DNA from: Octopus sinensis
Taxonomy: Eukaryota
DNA length: 64,000 nt
NCBI RefSeq assembly: GCF_006345805.1
Contig: NC_042999.1
Coordinates: forward strand, 85,064,001 to 85,128,000
Direction of reading: 5' to 3'
In this document: positions 62,734 through 64,000 of the stretch, in pieces
Numbering within the stretch: position 1 is the first letter of the stretch
Layout of the letters: every line of letters starts with the position of its first letter
Notes under the pieces: model-generated
The model's database searches: none
Told to the model about the DNA's origin: nothing
Seen by the model: the letters and a program-made list of their open reading frames with translations, nothing else
Program-made: the position numbers and the translations under genes

Positions 62734-64000
62734 CTAAATGATAAAAGAAAATACAAATGATTCTTATATTACATTAAAATATATTTATACGAAAATATAC
62801 AAAATCCTGGGTTTCGAACTTCAGTATGATTTTTTAAGATCTTCGATAAATTTAACATTTTAGGTGACCGCTGGAAAAACACTTTTAATACCTTTCCTCA
62901 ATCTTATGTAACAACACAATATAAAGGTGTCATCTTAGATCTAAATGAACTAAATCATATAATGTCTTCGCTGGAGAGTATGAAGCTGTTGATGATAAAG
63001 ATAAAAACATCAATATATAGACTGTCATTTCATGGTCTCTAACGACTAAACTATTGTTATTTAATATTATTAAAATTATATAGATTTTTTTTCTTTCACG
63101 TAAACCTTAAAGCACCTGATAGTGCTGGTAGTTGAAACTCTTAGAGAAACCAAGTTAACATCTACTCTGCAGTCTCAGTCACAACCACCTCACTCTAGTT
63201 TATAAAAGTGTTACCAATCAGTTGTAAAATTAATGTACCTTCTATGGCATTAAGTTGATGAAAAATCTGGTTGAGGTTTGCTACCTTAATATACAAAATG
63301 ACTTCAACAACGGGTTTGAATCATTAGTATATCACTTCCAGTAGAACTATTTCATTACTTTGAAGAGGATATACTTATAGTTGTATTGTGCAGGAAGTTA
63401 TGAAACTGAAGAACTTCACTGAACATTTTAATTTGTATTGCTAATAACTCATGATCTGGAATACGTGAAAATATTGCACACAAGAACGGCTGTTAATTTG
63501 AAATGGCATGTTATAAAACGACTGGTAATATAGACCTTTAACTTTCATAAAATAAGATAAAATGATAAAGCTTACGTGGTGGTTTCAGCGTCTCTGAAAA
63601 AAGAACAAAAATTCATAAAGTGTTATGAAAGAGCACGAAAGAGATTTTCGTGTGTACCAGCGGTATCATAAATTGTATAAGGAATTTCTAAATGCATTCA
63701 TATTGCTGCTATACTGACTTCTTTGCTCTTCGAATCTTTCGTCAGTAAATATATAGTAAATACAGGAAGGGAGAATAGATTTCATGGTGAATTGATCTCA
63801 CTTATATGTATACTGCACAGGTGACGAAAGCGTTTTTATTGATTACAAAAGAGAAGAATGTATTATGGGAAAGGAAAACTGGCAGTAAATTATTATTAAC
63901 CTTCTTGAGGCCTCGCAGTTGTGTCATGTATGAACATTTGATGTAATTGCAGATATAACTTAAAGTGAATGATCGACTATTAGATTCATGTTAATAGTGT

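Overview
AT-rich, microsatellite-saturated eukaryotic genomic DNA. The tRNA-derived SINE families, the (TA)n/(CATA)n/(TAA)n density and the LINE spectrum look like an octopus/coleoid cephalopod genome (inference from repeat content only). Almost every long ORF in the track is either a microsatellite artefact or a transposon relic: RTE, CR1-like, Tx1/L1-like, R4/Dong-like RLE LINEs, Penelope-like elements (PLEs), mariner, Tc1-like and Tigger/pogo DNA transposons. The only likely host gene is a minus-strand PAN/apple-domain gene: a 36-nt micro-exon at 62698-62733, a 234-nt PAN exon at 59146-59379 and a possible last exon near 50056-50099. The most striking signal is a set of minimal type I hammerhead ribozymes (HHRs). 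One is a 2.85-copy tandem array of a 403-bp unit with an HHR in every unit (37692-38840, minus strand), which looks like a retrozyme able to release 401/405-nt self-cleaved, circularisable RNAs. There is also a solitary near-intact HHR (30181-30224), several decayed HHRs, and three long fold-back palindromes whose axis falls on a hammerhead stem-loop II. Other highlights are a head-to-tail stack of at least 5 R4/Dong fragments separated by (TAA)n tracts and an RTE LINE 3' end carrying three C2H2 zinc fingers.
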